DNA of 63,232 nucleotides, filler included, from Octopus bimaculoides (lineage: Eukaryota), in assembly GCF_001194135.2 (NCBI RefSeq). It is 4 parts of 4 records of this genome, joined end to end, with 100 filler letters (N's around TTAATTAATTAA, not from the genome) between each part and the next. Parts side by side here need not be neighbours in the genome. Positions count along the whole stretch, not along the records: positions 1 to 29,381 come from NC_068995.1; 3 more parts are not named here. One strand, given 5' to 3'. Positions 1 to 12,830 of the stretch are shown one piece after another. The notes under the pieces are model-generated. The model made no database searches and was not told the DNA's origin. It was given only the letters and a program-made list of their open reading frames with translations. A program made the translations under genes and the position numbers. Numbering within the stretch: the stretch's first letter is position 1; each line of letters starts with the position of its first letter.

Positions 1-50
<50 letters not shown>
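1..50. repeat. (AT)n microsatellite
   Basis: Pure AT run; many similar AT/AC/ATAC tracts occur throughout and are not all listed. Confidence 0.95.
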
Positions 51-53
<3 letters not shown>

Positions 54-456
54 TCCTTCAGCATGGCCACAGGCAAATGACTGAAATTTCTAAAAGAATA
101 TATTACATATATACATATATGTTCTTCTCTCTGTCCTTCTCTTTAATGTAGTTTCTCTGGCTTTAGAGTTATTAGTAAAATTTGTCAGACTTTCTTAGCA
201 TATATAGATGCACAAATATATATGTACATATACATGCACATATAAATACATATGTTCATACATTTAAGCTATGAACACACACACACACACATACGCACAC
301 ACATATGCATGTAAGCACTCAGACATATACATTCACAGACACACACACACTCACATGTACACAAAGTCACGCATATAATACATACATATATATTTTGCCC
401 TCGCACAAAGCAGACACAATCAACTGTCATATAACTTTCAGTACTAGAAGGAGAAG

Positions 457-520
457 CAACAACAACAACAACAGCATCCTCATCAATAACATCATCAACA
501 ACAACATCAACAACAACAAC
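457..520. repeat. (AAC)n/(ATC)n microsatellite
   Basis: Direct reading. Confidence 0.9.
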
Positions 521-943
521 ATATGCTAACAACCACTCAAGAATTGAACAACTCCAAAAAAAAAAAAAAAAAAAAAGAAATCAGCAGAACACCAAACAAG
601 TGTGTCTATAGCAATCTAACCTTATGACAGAAGCAAAAGACCATAAATTTGTTTTGTAATCTGATATATATATCTGAAAAAAAAAAAAAAAAATGAATAA
701 ATAAATAAAATATAAAATAAAAATCTAAATTATATCTAAAAAACAAAACAAAACTGAAAGATACAAGAATGATTTTGCTGTCTAGTTTGCTGAAAAAGAG
801 CAAACTTTTGAGGAACTTCCAGACAAACCAATGTTGATTGTTCAGTTGCACAAACTCAGATATGATTGTGTTAAGTAGACTTTTGTTCAAAAGGTATTCA
901 ACCGTGACCACCCTGTCTGTATTCTCAGACACTGTGTAAACAA

Positions 944-1123
944 TAGGTGCAGGCATGGTTGAGTGGTTAAGAAGCTTGCTTCCCAATCATGTGGGCTTGG
1001 GTTCAGTCCCACTGCATGGCATTTTGGGCAAGTATCTTTTACTATACCTCTGGTAGCCTGGTTTTGGCCAAACCACTGTGAGTGGAGTTGGTAGATTAGA
1101 TGAAAACTAAAAGAAACTTGTCA
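944..1123 (+). mobile_element. tRNA-derived SINE, family A (5' half)
   Basis: Head TAGGTGCAGGCATGGTTGAGTGGTTAAGAAGCTTGCT...GGGTTCAGTCCCACTGC shared with more than 10 other copies in the window. Confidence 0.8.
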
Positions 1124-1203
1124 TCTATCTATCTATCTATCTATCTATGTATGTCTGTCTGTCTGCCTGCTTGCCTGTCTGTCTTTCTATCTATCTATTT
1201 ATA

Positions 1204-1240
<37 letters not shown>

Positions 1241-1695
1241 GAATATATATGTATATATCATTTTTTTCAGTCAAAATAACTCCCAATTACGAATAAAATT
1301 CATAAAACTACACAAATTAACATTTTCCCCTCTAATAAAATCTAATTTCCTCTTTCTAGGCATCACTGTCATACAATTAATGTTGTTTGTTTCTAGTCTT
1401 CCAGGAAAGCATGTCTGGCCATGGGGAAATACTGCCTTGAAACAGGTGAGAGTTAGTTCACAGGAAGGGCATCCAGCCATAAAAAATCTGCCCCAACAGA
1501 TTCAATCTGATCCAGGCAAGCATGAAAATGTAGGCGTTAAATGATGATGATGATGATAATGATGATGAATCTATCACCATTTGGCTGCTATTCCTAGCAG
1601 ATTAATCATTGGCTCCTTCCATCAAGATTGACAGAATAAGTATCATACAAGTTATGGTTGTCTGTTTAGTTGATTATGCCTCTCCTTTATAAATC

Positions 1696-2330
<635 letters not shown>

Positions 2331-2634
2331 TTTACCTGTACCTTTTACTTCTGTTTGTACCTTATATACTTGATTGTACTCCTATTTACACCTTGTACTC
2401 GTTTGTTCCTTGTCTTTCTGTTTGTACTTTGTGCTCTTTGTACCTTGTACTTTGTGTACCTTGTAATCCTGTTTGCATCTTGCACAATACTCTGGTTTGC
2501 ATCTTGTACTCAAGTTTGTACATTATACTCTTATTTGTACTCTGTACTTTTGTATTTTTATTTTTTAAATTATTTGTTGGCTTTGAAACCTTCTTGGATA
2601 AACTAACTTCTTACTATTTCTCTTCCTTTTGCAG

Positions 2635-2718
2635 CAGAGTTATTTATTCCACCATCGACCAGAAACACCACCATTATTTACTAAAATGTTACCTTATAGT
2701 AAAGAACTACAGAAACAA
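2635..2718 (+). CDS. CCDC81: CCDC81 internal exon (first visible); QSYLFHHRPETPPLFTKMLPYSKELQKQ
   Basis: Polypyrimidine tract + GCAG acceptor, CAA|GTAAGT donor, phase 0/0; resembles SYLFDKRPLSP of vertebrate CCDC81 as I recall it. Start may be 2638 (tandem acceptor). Confidence 0.8.
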
Positions 2719-3456
2719 GTAAGTTAATTTCTAACTCACCTCTTTCCATTCCTTATGTACACAAACTTGGCTGCGTGATTAAGAAATCCACTTTGCAACC
2801 AACTCCAGGCTTTTGGATTTTATAACACTATGTGGCACATTTGACAACTGTCTTCTACTATAAGCCTTGGGTCAATCAAAGTTTGTTAGTGGAATTTTGT
2901 AGGTGGCAATAGTGTGGTAGCCCATTGGAAAAACTGTTTTTATTTTGTAAGATAAACTTAACCTGTCCTCCTGTTTAATACTTTAACACCATAATATAAC
3001 CATTGAGGGCCTTTATCAAAGTCCACAGTTTTGAAAATATTTGGGTCAGGGCGCCAGTTTGAGGATAACTTTCTGCCTTTCTACTCAAGTTCTAGAGGCC
3101 CTGAAAAGAGTCCTGGATGATGGCCTTCCTCCTGTGACTAAACCATTGACTCCCTCTTCATATAACATCTGAAAATTTTAAGATTTTTTTTTCTTTTTTT
3201 TAGTTAGTTATGAAGTCTTATAGATTTGAAAGTAAAAATCTCTGTGAACTGAATTTGTAATTGGGTTGTCATTATTTGTGAGTTTTAGCCATCCCCATCG
3301 TTCCAGTTATGTAATTATTGTTGTTATTCTACTAATTAAAAAAAGGATTGAAACAACCAACATTCTATGTAGAACAGGTTTGAACATCTTTCATTACTGT
3401 TTCATTGTCATTAAGTCTTACAAATGTCTCTTCATGTTTTTACTTGTTAATTTCAG

Positions 3457-3542
3457 ATAGAACTAAAAAATCTAGCTTCCTTGAGAGAGCAAGAGAAAGA
3501 AAATTTCGAAAGTCAAGCTGAGCAGATAAACTTGGCTACAAG
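3457..3542 (+). CDS. CCDC81: CCDC81 exon; IELKNLASLREQEKENFESQAEQINLAT
   Basis: TTTCAG acceptor, AG|GTGAGT donor, phase 0/2, open frame. Confidence 0.85.
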
Positions 3543-3786
3543 GTGAGTAGATTATGAAAGGACTAACAGAGATTTTTTGAAATATTATTTGGTTATGCTA
3601 TTATGAACTTTAGGGTATTAGTCTTTCTCATTAACAATAAATTCCAAATTCAAATTACTCAAAGTAGTTGTTGTTGCTTTTGTTATTTAACATCAAGTTA
3701 GCAGTGATCAGCCAGACCTTGGATCAAAGTATGATCAAAATCATTCAAGATAAGGATTCTTCAATGAAGCAACCAGCTAAGAAACA

Positions 3787-4015
3787 TTAACCCTTTTCAT
3801 ACCAACCCATTTGAAACAATTCTTGCTTCTATGTTACAAATTATGTTTTAATGTGATCTAAATTAAAACTTTCCATCAAAATTTCATGTTGATTCGTATT
3901 TCAAACAAACAATTTAATAATGTCAAAGTTATTTTACCAAATTTTTCATTATTTTCCAAATTAATTGAAACAAAGCCAGTGTATACTGACAGGAATCTGG
4001 TAACAAAAGGGTTAA
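3787..4015. mobile_element. piggyBac-type MITE
   Basis: TTAA|CCCTTTTCATACCA ... TGGTAACAAAAGGG|TTAA: TTAA duplication and CCC...GGG termini. Confidence 0.75.
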
Positions 4016-4671
4016 TTAGCCCCTTGTCCTTGTTTGCTGGAAATGGTAATAATAGTCATGAGAGGAGATCATATTGCAGTTCAATTCAATTATAATTCAA
4101 GTTGTGATTGACCCTTATTGTTTCATTGTCAACAATTAGGAACTCTACTTAGCATTGATCTATTATCTTTCTTTTTCTAGTATTGTATCCATCCATATTA
4201 TTTCCTCTGCTTAAGTAACACATATATTTCCGAAACTACAATCACTTCAACACATTCCTATCTGGATTCCTCAGTCTAAATGAACATTTTTCTTGAGGAG
4301 AAGGTGAAAATGCTAACATCTCAGAGGCTTGACCTTTTGAAGAGTAAACTGTGAAAATGATTGAATATGGTGTTTTAAGTGAGTGAGACAATGCATTAGG
4401 AAAACAGAAGACCAGCCCTAACTAGATTTAAGTGAAGTTGGCACATATGAGTATCTTGTAGATTCAAATGAGAAGTGACTGTTTTATAATGGTAGAAGAG
4501 ACTTACTTTCTGGTGAACAAGTAGTTATAGTATTTTGGTGAGGGAAGATTCATCACTATTTCTTCTATAATTGATATAACTACTTCTTATTCTTTGACCT
4601 TGTGGAGCACATGCATGTATTCACATACACATACAATCATACATGCATACACTGATATATTACTATACTAT

Positions 4672-4975
4672 TAATATAATATAATATAATATAATATAAT
4701 ATAATATAATATAATATAATATAATATAATATATATTATATTATATGATATGATACGATATGATACTATATGATACAAGATAATATAATATAATATGATA
4801 TAATATAATATAATATATAATATAACATAATATAATATATAATATAATATGTAATGTAATGTATGATATGATATGATATGATAGAATAGGATAGGATATG
4901 ATATGATAGGATAGGATATGATATGATATAATAGGATGGGATGGGATGGGATGCGATGCGATGCGATGCGATATA
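4672..4975. repeat. Compound pentanucleotide satellite (ATAAT, ATATG, ATAGG, ATGGG, ATGCG)
   Basis: Direct reading. Confidence 0.9.
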
Positions 4976-4982
4976 TAATCAC

Positions 4983-5363
4983 TTGCAGTTAACGATTCTG
5001 CAAAGAAGGAGGCTTGGAAGTGCCACTATGAAAGATTGTTGAATGTAGAGAATGCATGGGAGAAGCAGAGTCTGCCTAATGTGGACTCAACAGAGGGGTT
5101 GGCTATCTGAATCAACAGTAGCTTAGTAGATAAGGCAATTAAGGATATGAAGACAGGGAAAGCCTCTGGTCCATCAGGAATTACCACTGAGATGCATAAA
5201 ATATCTGGTTGTGTGGGATATGACCTGGTCATAAGTATAGTTAATCAGGTTGTCCATGAGGGAGTCACCCAATGATTGGTGTAGCATCATTATAGTCAAC
5301 TGCTACAAAGGCAAAGGTGATGCCCTAGACAGAAATAATTACAGAGGCATCAAATTGCTTGAC
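4983..5363 (+). mobile_element. RTE-type LINE ORF2 fragment (linker/RT start)
   Basis: KEAWKCHYERLLNVEN...KAIKDMKTGKASGPSGITTEM...NCYKGKGDALDRNNYRGIKLLD, with a stop and a frameshift. Confidence 0.85.
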
Positions 5364-6248
5364 TGGTTTTACTAATTGGTCGCTTGCCATAAATAAAACA
5401 CAGAATAGAAGTGCTAAGCAGTGATGTGTATCAATACAAACTTGTTTTCAGTTCAAATATAGAGATAGAGGATGAGGGAGATAGAGAGATGAGAGAGAAA
5501 GAGAGCATGAGATACACACACACACACACACACTTACACACACACATTTACACACACACACACACACATACACACACATGCACACACACTTACACACACA
5601 CACTACATATACAAGCATTCATCCATATACAGATTCTTGAATCCAAACATGTATTTGGTTTTCTGGAGTTTATCAAACAACAAATGAAGAAAGTATATCA
5701 CTTCATTATGGAAATATCTAGAAAATATGACCAAACGTTTTAGCGACAACAAAATTATATTTTATTAAAACCCTTACCAAAGTTTGTAGTCATACTCTTT
5801 TGATATACTGATGACTATATGTTGAGCAACCTTTATTTTGCATTCCTTTTTGTTGTTATTTCATGTCACATTCTCTTTGGCTCCTCATGCAGATTGTGCA
5901 GAAAAAACACAAAGTATGGCATCAAAGATCTTTGCTGCTCATCCTCTTTCCTGTGAGAATGCTTAGAAAAAATTCTTTATTTATAGCTATTGGTAGGTTC
6001 AAAATGGACCATGCTTTTCTGGTCTGGTTTGTGTTCTGACTGGATAACTTAAAGCAGCCAATCAGTATGAACAGGTTTGGTCATGTGACCACTTGTAGAA
6101 AACACTTTGCACCTATTTAAGTCTAAATAGTCAAATGATAAACATAGCTCCTGTGACAGATTGATTGAAAGACAGCAAAAGAGAAATAGACAGAGTCAGT
6201 TACATAAACAGAGGGAAATATTTATATATACAAATATATGTACATATA

Positions 6249-6690
6249 TAGGTGCAGGCGTGGCTTTGTGGTAAGAAGCTTGCTTCCCAACCACATGGTC
6301 CTGGGTTCAGTCCCACTGCTTGGCACTTTGGGCAAGTGTNNNNNNNNNNCATGGTCCTGGGTTCAGTCCCACTGCTTGGCACTTTGGGCAAGTGTCTTCT
6401 ACTATAGCCACAGGTCAACCAAAGCCTTGTGAGTGGATTTGGTAGAGAGAAACTGAAAGAGACCCGTCGTATATGTGTGTGTGTGTTTGTGTTTGTGTCT
6501 GTGTTTGTCCCTCCACCCCTGCTTGTGTGTTCACGACCCCATAACTTAGCGGTTCGGCAAAAAGAGAACCGATAGAATAAGTATCAGGCTTTAAAAAAGT
6601 ACTGAGGTTGATACATTCGACTTAAAATTCTTCAAGGTGGTGCCCCAGCATGGCCTCAATCTAATGACTGAAACAAGAAAAAAGAATAAA
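6249..6690 (+). mobile_element. SINE family A, full length (contains an assembly gap)
   Basis: Head, central microsatellite and tail ...CCAGCATGGCC...ATGACTGAAACAAG. Confidence 0.85.
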
Positions 6691-6759
6691 AAGAATATAT
6701 ATGTATATATGTGTGAGTGTGCACGTTTTGTTTTTTTATACATTGCAGCCCAAAGGCTG

Positions 6760-7065
6760 TGGCCATGTTGAGCACTCTATTTCCATTACCAAACAGCAGA
6801 ACGATGCACCGCTGCATAATGCTAAAGATCCCAAGATTGCCATCACGATACAGGACCAGATACTGCAACAATATGGGTTTCAAGGGCCCACAGCTCTTCA
6901 ATATCCTCCCACAAAAGCCTGAGAGACCTACATGTAGGAGATGTAGGTGTCTTCAAAACAAAACTGGATCTCCTCTTATCAAGAGCTCCGTATGAACCTA
7001 CCTCACAGCAGGAAATGCATATGAGGGCAGCAACATCAAACTTCCCCATAAATCAAATGCCCAAT
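6760..7065 (+). mobile_element. CR1/L2-like LINE 3' end
   Basis: KIPRLPSRYRTRYCNNMGFKGPQLFNILP; after a frameshift, LRDLHVGDVGVFKTKLDLLLSRAPYEP. Confidence 0.7.
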
Positions 7066-8029
7066 GTTAGAGGAGGTTTCATGTAGTGAAAGAGTAGCAA
7101 AGCTAACAGTGGTGCCCCAGGATGGATACAGCTCTGGAGCTGAAACTAGTTAAAAGAATAAAAGTATATATNNNNNNNNNNNNNNNNNNNNNNNNNNNNN
7201 NNNNNNNNNNNNNNNNNNNNNNNNNNNNNNNNNNNNNNNNNNNNNNNNNNNNNNNNNNNNNNNNNNNNNNNNNNNNNNNNNNNNNNNNNNNNNNNNNNNN
7301 NNNNNNNNNNNNNNNNNNNNNNNNCCAAGGATTTACAATATAGAATTGTGATGAACCATAACTTTGGACCCTGCCATAAGAATACCCGGAGTTCTTCCCT
7401 AATCTAAATAATATTGTTAGCCTGGTGTGCCAACAGAGTGCTTATGAAGTATTTTGCCCGGATTGATAATCCCTCACTATTAGACACACACACACACACG
7501 TGCGTGCGCATGTATGTATGCGTATGCGTTATCTCTTTGTCTGGATATTGGATAATCATTGTAAGCAAGTGTCACTGTCATGCAACTAGTGACCTTTGCT
7601 TCCAGTCTTCCCTGAAAAGATGTCTGGTCATGGAAACAGGTGAGTGTTGGTGACAGGGCGGACATATGTTCGTAGAAAATTCACCTCAACAAATTTTGTC
7701 CGATCCAAGCAAGCAAATTCATTATGGTTGGTGGTTTCACAGAATGATTAGGGCCTTGTGGTATTTTTGCAACTGCTTTTTAGTTTTTGAGTTCAAATCC
7801 CGTTGAAGTCACACTAGCCCTCTATCTCCTCTCTGGTTCAATAAAATAAAGTACCACTCAAATGTATATGTTTGTGTGTATGTGTCTAGTATAATCGACC
7901 AGTCTCTCTCTACAAATTTGGAATCTTGTAAGAAGATACTCAGTAAGGAACTTGCTCACAAAATGGAACAGGAGGTACCCTATTTTGGCATAAGCTAAGC
8001 AAATTACAGCCTGGAATAATGAAATATTG

Positions 8030-8227
8030 ATTTCAAATTTTAGCACAAGGCCAGTAATTTCGTGGGTGGGGTTAGTCGATTGCATCGACTGCAGCGCTCA
8101 GCTGGTACTTATTTTATCAACACTGAAAGGATGAAAGGCAAAATGGACTTCAGTAGAATTTGAACTCGGACCAAATACTACTAAGCATTTCATCCGGCCT
8201 GTTAACGATTCTGCCACCTTGCCGCCT
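8030..8227 (-). mobile_element. SINE family B
   Basis: Reverse complement of GGCGAGCTGGCAGAATCGTTAGC...TTTCATCCTTTC...GATAAAATAAGTACCAG. Confidence 0.8.
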
Positions 8228-8520
8228 AAGAGTAATGAAATATTAAAAGGGATGTTTTCGAAATTTTCTTCAAGGCACCTATCCTAGAGGTTAGGGTGTT
8301 GCACTCACGATCGCAAAATCGTGGTTTCGATTTTCTGACCGGGCGGTACGTTGTGTTCTTGAGCAAGACACTTTGTATTTATTAATGTGTATTTATTGTT
8401 GTTCTTATTGTTGATATTCCCTTGTTTGTGGACTTCTTATGCATTTCACTGTGTACAGTCGCCAATGTATTAGGCCATTCAGACAAATAAAAGAAATTAG
8501 TATTTTTAATATTTTTCCAA

Positions 8521-8930
8521 GGTGGCGAGCTAAAAGAATCGTTAGCACATCAGACAAAATACTTAGCTGCGTTTCATCTGTCCTTACGTTCCGAGTTTAA
8601 CTTCCGCTGAGGTCACCTTGGTTTTTCCTCTTTTCGACATCGATAAATTAAGTACCAGTTGAGCACTGGAATTGATGTACTTGACTTAACCCCCACCCCG
8701 GAATTGCTGGCCTTGTGCCAAACTTTGAAACCAATATATTTCAAGGTAGTGAGCTGGCAGAATCGTTAGCATGCCGGACGAAATGCTTAGCAACATTTCA
8801 TCCGTTTTCACGTTCTGAGTTCAAATTCCGCCAAGATCGACTGTGTCTTTTATCTTTGCGGGTTCGATAAAATAAGTCGATGTAATAGACATATCCCCTC
8901 CCTCGAATTTCAGACCTTGTATCTATTATA
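8521..8930 (+). mobile_element. Two tandem SINE family B copies (8521-8735, 8745-8930)
   Basis: Head GGCGAGCT...GAATCGTTAGCA occurs twice. Confidence 0.8.
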
Positions 8931-9040
8931 GAAAGGGTTATTTTTAATGTGTCTGGGGAGAGTCATTCTCTTTTAGTGCCTTATTATTATAACACACTCA
9001 CTGGTAAAGTTTCATTCCTTTCACTTTTTTTCATCTTTAG

Positions 9041-9119
9041 TTTAACAAAACAAAGAGAAGATTATTTTAAAGAGAGATCCAGGAAGATGAATCTGTATAA
9101 GACAATTCTAGACAAACAG
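9041..9119 (+). CDS. CCDC81: CCDC81 exon; (S)LTKQREDYFKERSRKMNLYKTILDKQ
   Basis: TTCATCTTTAG acceptor, CAG|GTTAGT donor; phase 2/0 exactly bridges the flanking exons. Confidence 0.85.
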
Positions 9120-9360
9120 GTTAGTGATTATACCAAATTCTGGTAAATTCAACTTCTTTTTCTCACTTTGTATATGACAATATGTAAGTTGGCTGTTGTT
9201 ATTGAAAAATCCTCTTGTAGGCGTAGGCGTGGCTTCCAAACCATGTGATCTAGGCTTCAGTCTCACCTTGGGCCGCACCGTGGACAAGTGCATTCCACTA
9301 GAGCTCTGGGTTGACCGAAACCTTGTGAGTGGATTTAGCGGACCGAAACTGAGAACGCGT

Positions 9361-9428
<68 letters not shown>

Positions 9429-9449
9429 TTACATGCATACATACATACA

Positions 9450-9481
<32 letters not shown>

Positions 9482-9494
9482 NNNNNNNNNNTAC

Positions 9495-9528
<34 letters not shown>

Positions 9529-9576
9529 GTTTGTGTGTGTGTGTCTGTATGCACATAAGCGTGTGTATATATATTA

Positions 9577-9615
<39 letters not shown>

Positions 9616-10394
9616 TTGTGTGTTGTGTGTGTGTGTTTGTTTAAATATGTAGGTGTGGGTGGGTGTAGCAAATTGGCAGAATTATTAGAGCATTGGCCAG
9701 AATGACTTGAGATATTTGTTCTTACGCTCTGCTCACCGAGTTCAAATCCCGCTGAAGTCAACTTTATTGTTCATCCTCTCAGAGTCAGTAAAATGCTAGT
9801 CCATTTCTGGCATTGATTATTCTCTGTCTATGTTTGTCTGTTTCCTCTTGGATTGCATCTGCCATTCAAAGATCCCGACTTCGCCATATTGTGTCATACT
9901 GATATCAACAAAGAACCAGTCCGGTATTGGAATCAATTATTCTGTCTGTCTGAGTGTCTGTCTATCTGCTTGTCTTGCCTGTCTGTCTATCTTTTTTCTC
10001 TCTCTTCATGGGTTGTATCTGTACAATATTCAAAGATCTAACCTTGTCATATTATACCACGCTAATTCGGTCATATAATTGCGTCATATGCATCTGTGGA
10101 ACTGTGGAGTACTCAGCCACTTACGCGTTAATTCCAGTTACTTGAACAACTGAACGTTCATTGTCGAGACCGACGGAAAATCGACCGCCATCAGTGTTGG
10201 TAATGCACTGAGAAGTGAAGCAGAATGTTAAAGAAAACCTCAACAATGAGTCGAAAGAGAGATGTGTGTGTGCATGAAAGAGATAAGAGACAAATCTACA
10301 GAGTAGCAGTGGCGGTGGCGATGGCGGTGGTAATGTTAGTGGTGTTGGTCATGGTCGTATAGGAAACTGACCAAATATCGGCTTTTATTTACAG

Positions 10395-10648
10395 GTGCAT
10401 GAGAAAACACTGAGCCAACAACAGAGTTGTGGGATCGAAGAGGAAGAGAATATAAGAGAAGGAGAAGGGGCTGGTTATTTTGGTAAAAACGACGTAACGG
10501 CAGAGTTATTGGCCGAGAAGAAGAGGAAGGCCAATGAAGTCATGAAAGAACAATTCAAGATGATGGCTCAACGGAAACGAGAAGAAATACTAAAAAGGAT
10601 GAAGGAGCAGCGGGAAGAGGAGAAAATTCTAAGGAAGAATAGAACAGA
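10395..10648 (+). CDS. CCDC81: CCDC81 exon; VHEKTL...GYFGKNDVTAELLAEKKRKANEVMKEQF...RKNRT
   Basis: TTTACAG acceptor, GA|GTAAGT donor, phase 0/2; FGKND motif and coiled-coil composition. Confidence 0.9.
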
Positions 10649-10892
10649 GTAAGTATATTACTGGTTACTTGAAATTTATGCTTTTGCGCTTTTATTCTTA
10701 ACACTCATATACAAACACACATATACACATATAAACTAATACAAACATACATACATACATACATACATATGTATGTGTGTATACATATATATATANNNNN
10801 NNNNNNNNNNNNNNNNNNNNNNNNNNNNNNNNNNNNNNNNNNNNNNNNNNNNNNNNNNNNNNNNNNNNNNNNNNNNNNNNNNNNNNNNNNNN

Positions 10893-11085
10893 GGCTTTGA
10901 GGGTGTCGCGAAAGGCCTGGCTGGAGGCTCAACCTTCCGAGTTCTTTTACAAAACTTAGAAAACTGAAGGACTGCTGCAATAAGTATGTAAATCTGAGAG
11001 GAGAGTATGTTGAATAAAATCGTAATTAACTGATCCTCCTGTATTTTCTTTTACCCAAAGCCACGAAATGTTCAACACTCCTCGT
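10893..11085 (-). mobile_element. Mariner-derived MITE (same family as 21513-21711), cut by a gap
   Basis: Reverse complement matches the 21513 copy. Confidence 0.75.
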
Positions 11086-11196
11086 GTATATATATATACT
11101 CTCTTACTCCTTTACTCGTTTCAGCCATGCGGCTATAGTCATACTGGATCACCACCGTATATTTATGAGGTTAATTATATAAAAACACTTATATAC

Positions 11197-11632
11197 TAGG
11201 CGTAGGAGTGGCTGTGTGGTAAGTAGCTTGCTTATCAGCCACATGGTTCTGGGTTCAGTCCCACTGCGTGGCACCTTGGGCAAGTGTCTTCTACTATAGC
11301 CTCGGGCCGACCAAAGCCTTGTGAGTGGATTTGGTAGATGGAAACTGAAAGAAGCCCGTCGTATATATATATATATATATATATAAATATATATATATAT
11401 AAATATATATATATTTATTTATTTGTGTGTGTGTTTGTGTGTCTGTTTGTCCCCCAACATCGTTTGACAACCGATGCTGGTGTGTTTACGTCCCTGTAAC
11501 TTAGCGGTTCGGCAAAAGAACCGATAGAATAAGTACTAGGCTTACAAAGAATAAGTCCTGGGGTCGATTTGCTCGACTAAAGGCGGTGCTCCAGCATGGC
11601 CGAAGTCAAATGACTGCAACATTTAAAAGAGT
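11197..11632 (+). mobile_element. SINE family A, full length
   Basis: Complete head-(AT)n-tail structure. Confidence 0.9.
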
Positions 11633-11687
11633 ATATTTACGTGTAAGATTGTTGCATTGAATATGTATATATTTTGTTTCGTTACAG

Positions 11688-11952
11688 TCTGCTAAACGAC
11701 AGAGCTATGAAATGTCAACTTAATTATGAGCTGTACAAAGATCTAGAGTCAGACTGGAAACACCGTGCCATGTTAAAGCAACAGAACCTTCAGAAGGCTA
11801 AAGAGAAAGCTCAACAGCTTGATATGTTGCTACAAGATCAGTGTAACCGGTATCATCGCTGCCAACAGTGTAAGAGATGTTTGTGGAATCGAGGTTCCGG
11901 GAATATTTGGGCAGATACATATTTTATTCCTGGTTCCAGATATTTTATATGA
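11688..11952 (+). CDS. CCDC81: CCDC81 terminal exon; (D)LLNDRAMK...DQCNRYHRCQQCKRCLWNRGSGNIWADTYFIPGSRYFI*
   Basis: TTACAG acceptor, phase 2. C-terminus resembles vertebrate CCDC81 (RCKQCQR...NLW...FLPGSRLLV). The five exons total 768 nt, in frame. Confidence 0.92.
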
Positions 11953-12186
11953 AGTGGACAATCAAAAATAATTGTAGAATTACTATTTGATTAGTGGTTT
12001 TATTTACGAATTAGGTTATGGTTGCAGTCATATGTCGAGGTTTGTACATCCTTTAAGTATATATTAGAGGGGAATTAAAATATTCTTCAATCAATAATAA
12101 CCACTACTCAGCAATACTTAAACACCCAAAATGTCTGTCAATATAAACATATTTGTTGAGTACTAGTCATATTTTCTCTTCGAAAC

Positions 12187-12187
<1 letters not shown>

Positions 12188-12264
<77 letters not shown>
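12188..12264. repeat. (TTA)n microsatellite
   Basis: Direct reading. Confidence 0.95.
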
Positions 12265-12830
12265 GAGTGAGAGAGGAGTGCATGCCATCAAAGTGACACT
12301 GGGATAAAATGTACGAAGCCCAATATACTCATTATGACTACTCGTCTGATAAGGATACACAGGCATATGCATCACAACCAAATGTGCACGACATGGTGAT
12401 CTCATATCAAGATAAACAGCGCATGACCTTGAAAGTGGGGCCCAGTTAGAAATGTTCTTCTGGTTGAGTAGCCTATCCTGCTCAAAAGGTCCTTGAATAA
12501 GGGTTGTTTAAGGATGTTGAACGAAACACCCATGTTTCCAGAGGCAAATTATTCAAACTCCAAAGAATTCCTCTCAACACATGGCTATGATGCTCCCCCA
12601 CTACTTCTGCTCGTGATCAGAGATGCACATATCGTCAGCCACCTAGGGACATGCTCAGCTGGTTAAGGTCAAACAACTGACAAGCAAATCTGTGGTATTG
12701 AGCAGAATATTTGCTGTAGCCTATCTTTTACACCAAGACAAAACAATGTACATGATAACACTTCCAATCACTTAAGATCAGAAACCATGAGAGCCAGTGC
12801 CTGGTATTGCATTAGGGCAAATATTATCAT
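12265..12830 (+). mobile_element. Non-coding interspersed repeat between (TTA)n and (ATC)n
   Basis: A second diverged copy lies inverted at ~27515-27700 (GATCAGAGATGCACATAT...GACAAGCAAATCTGTGGTATTG). Confidence 0.65.

Noticed and set aside
5881-5970. Candidate CCDC81 exon after ATGCAG
   Set aside because: The required phase hits a stop, and 9041-9119 fits phase and similarity exactly
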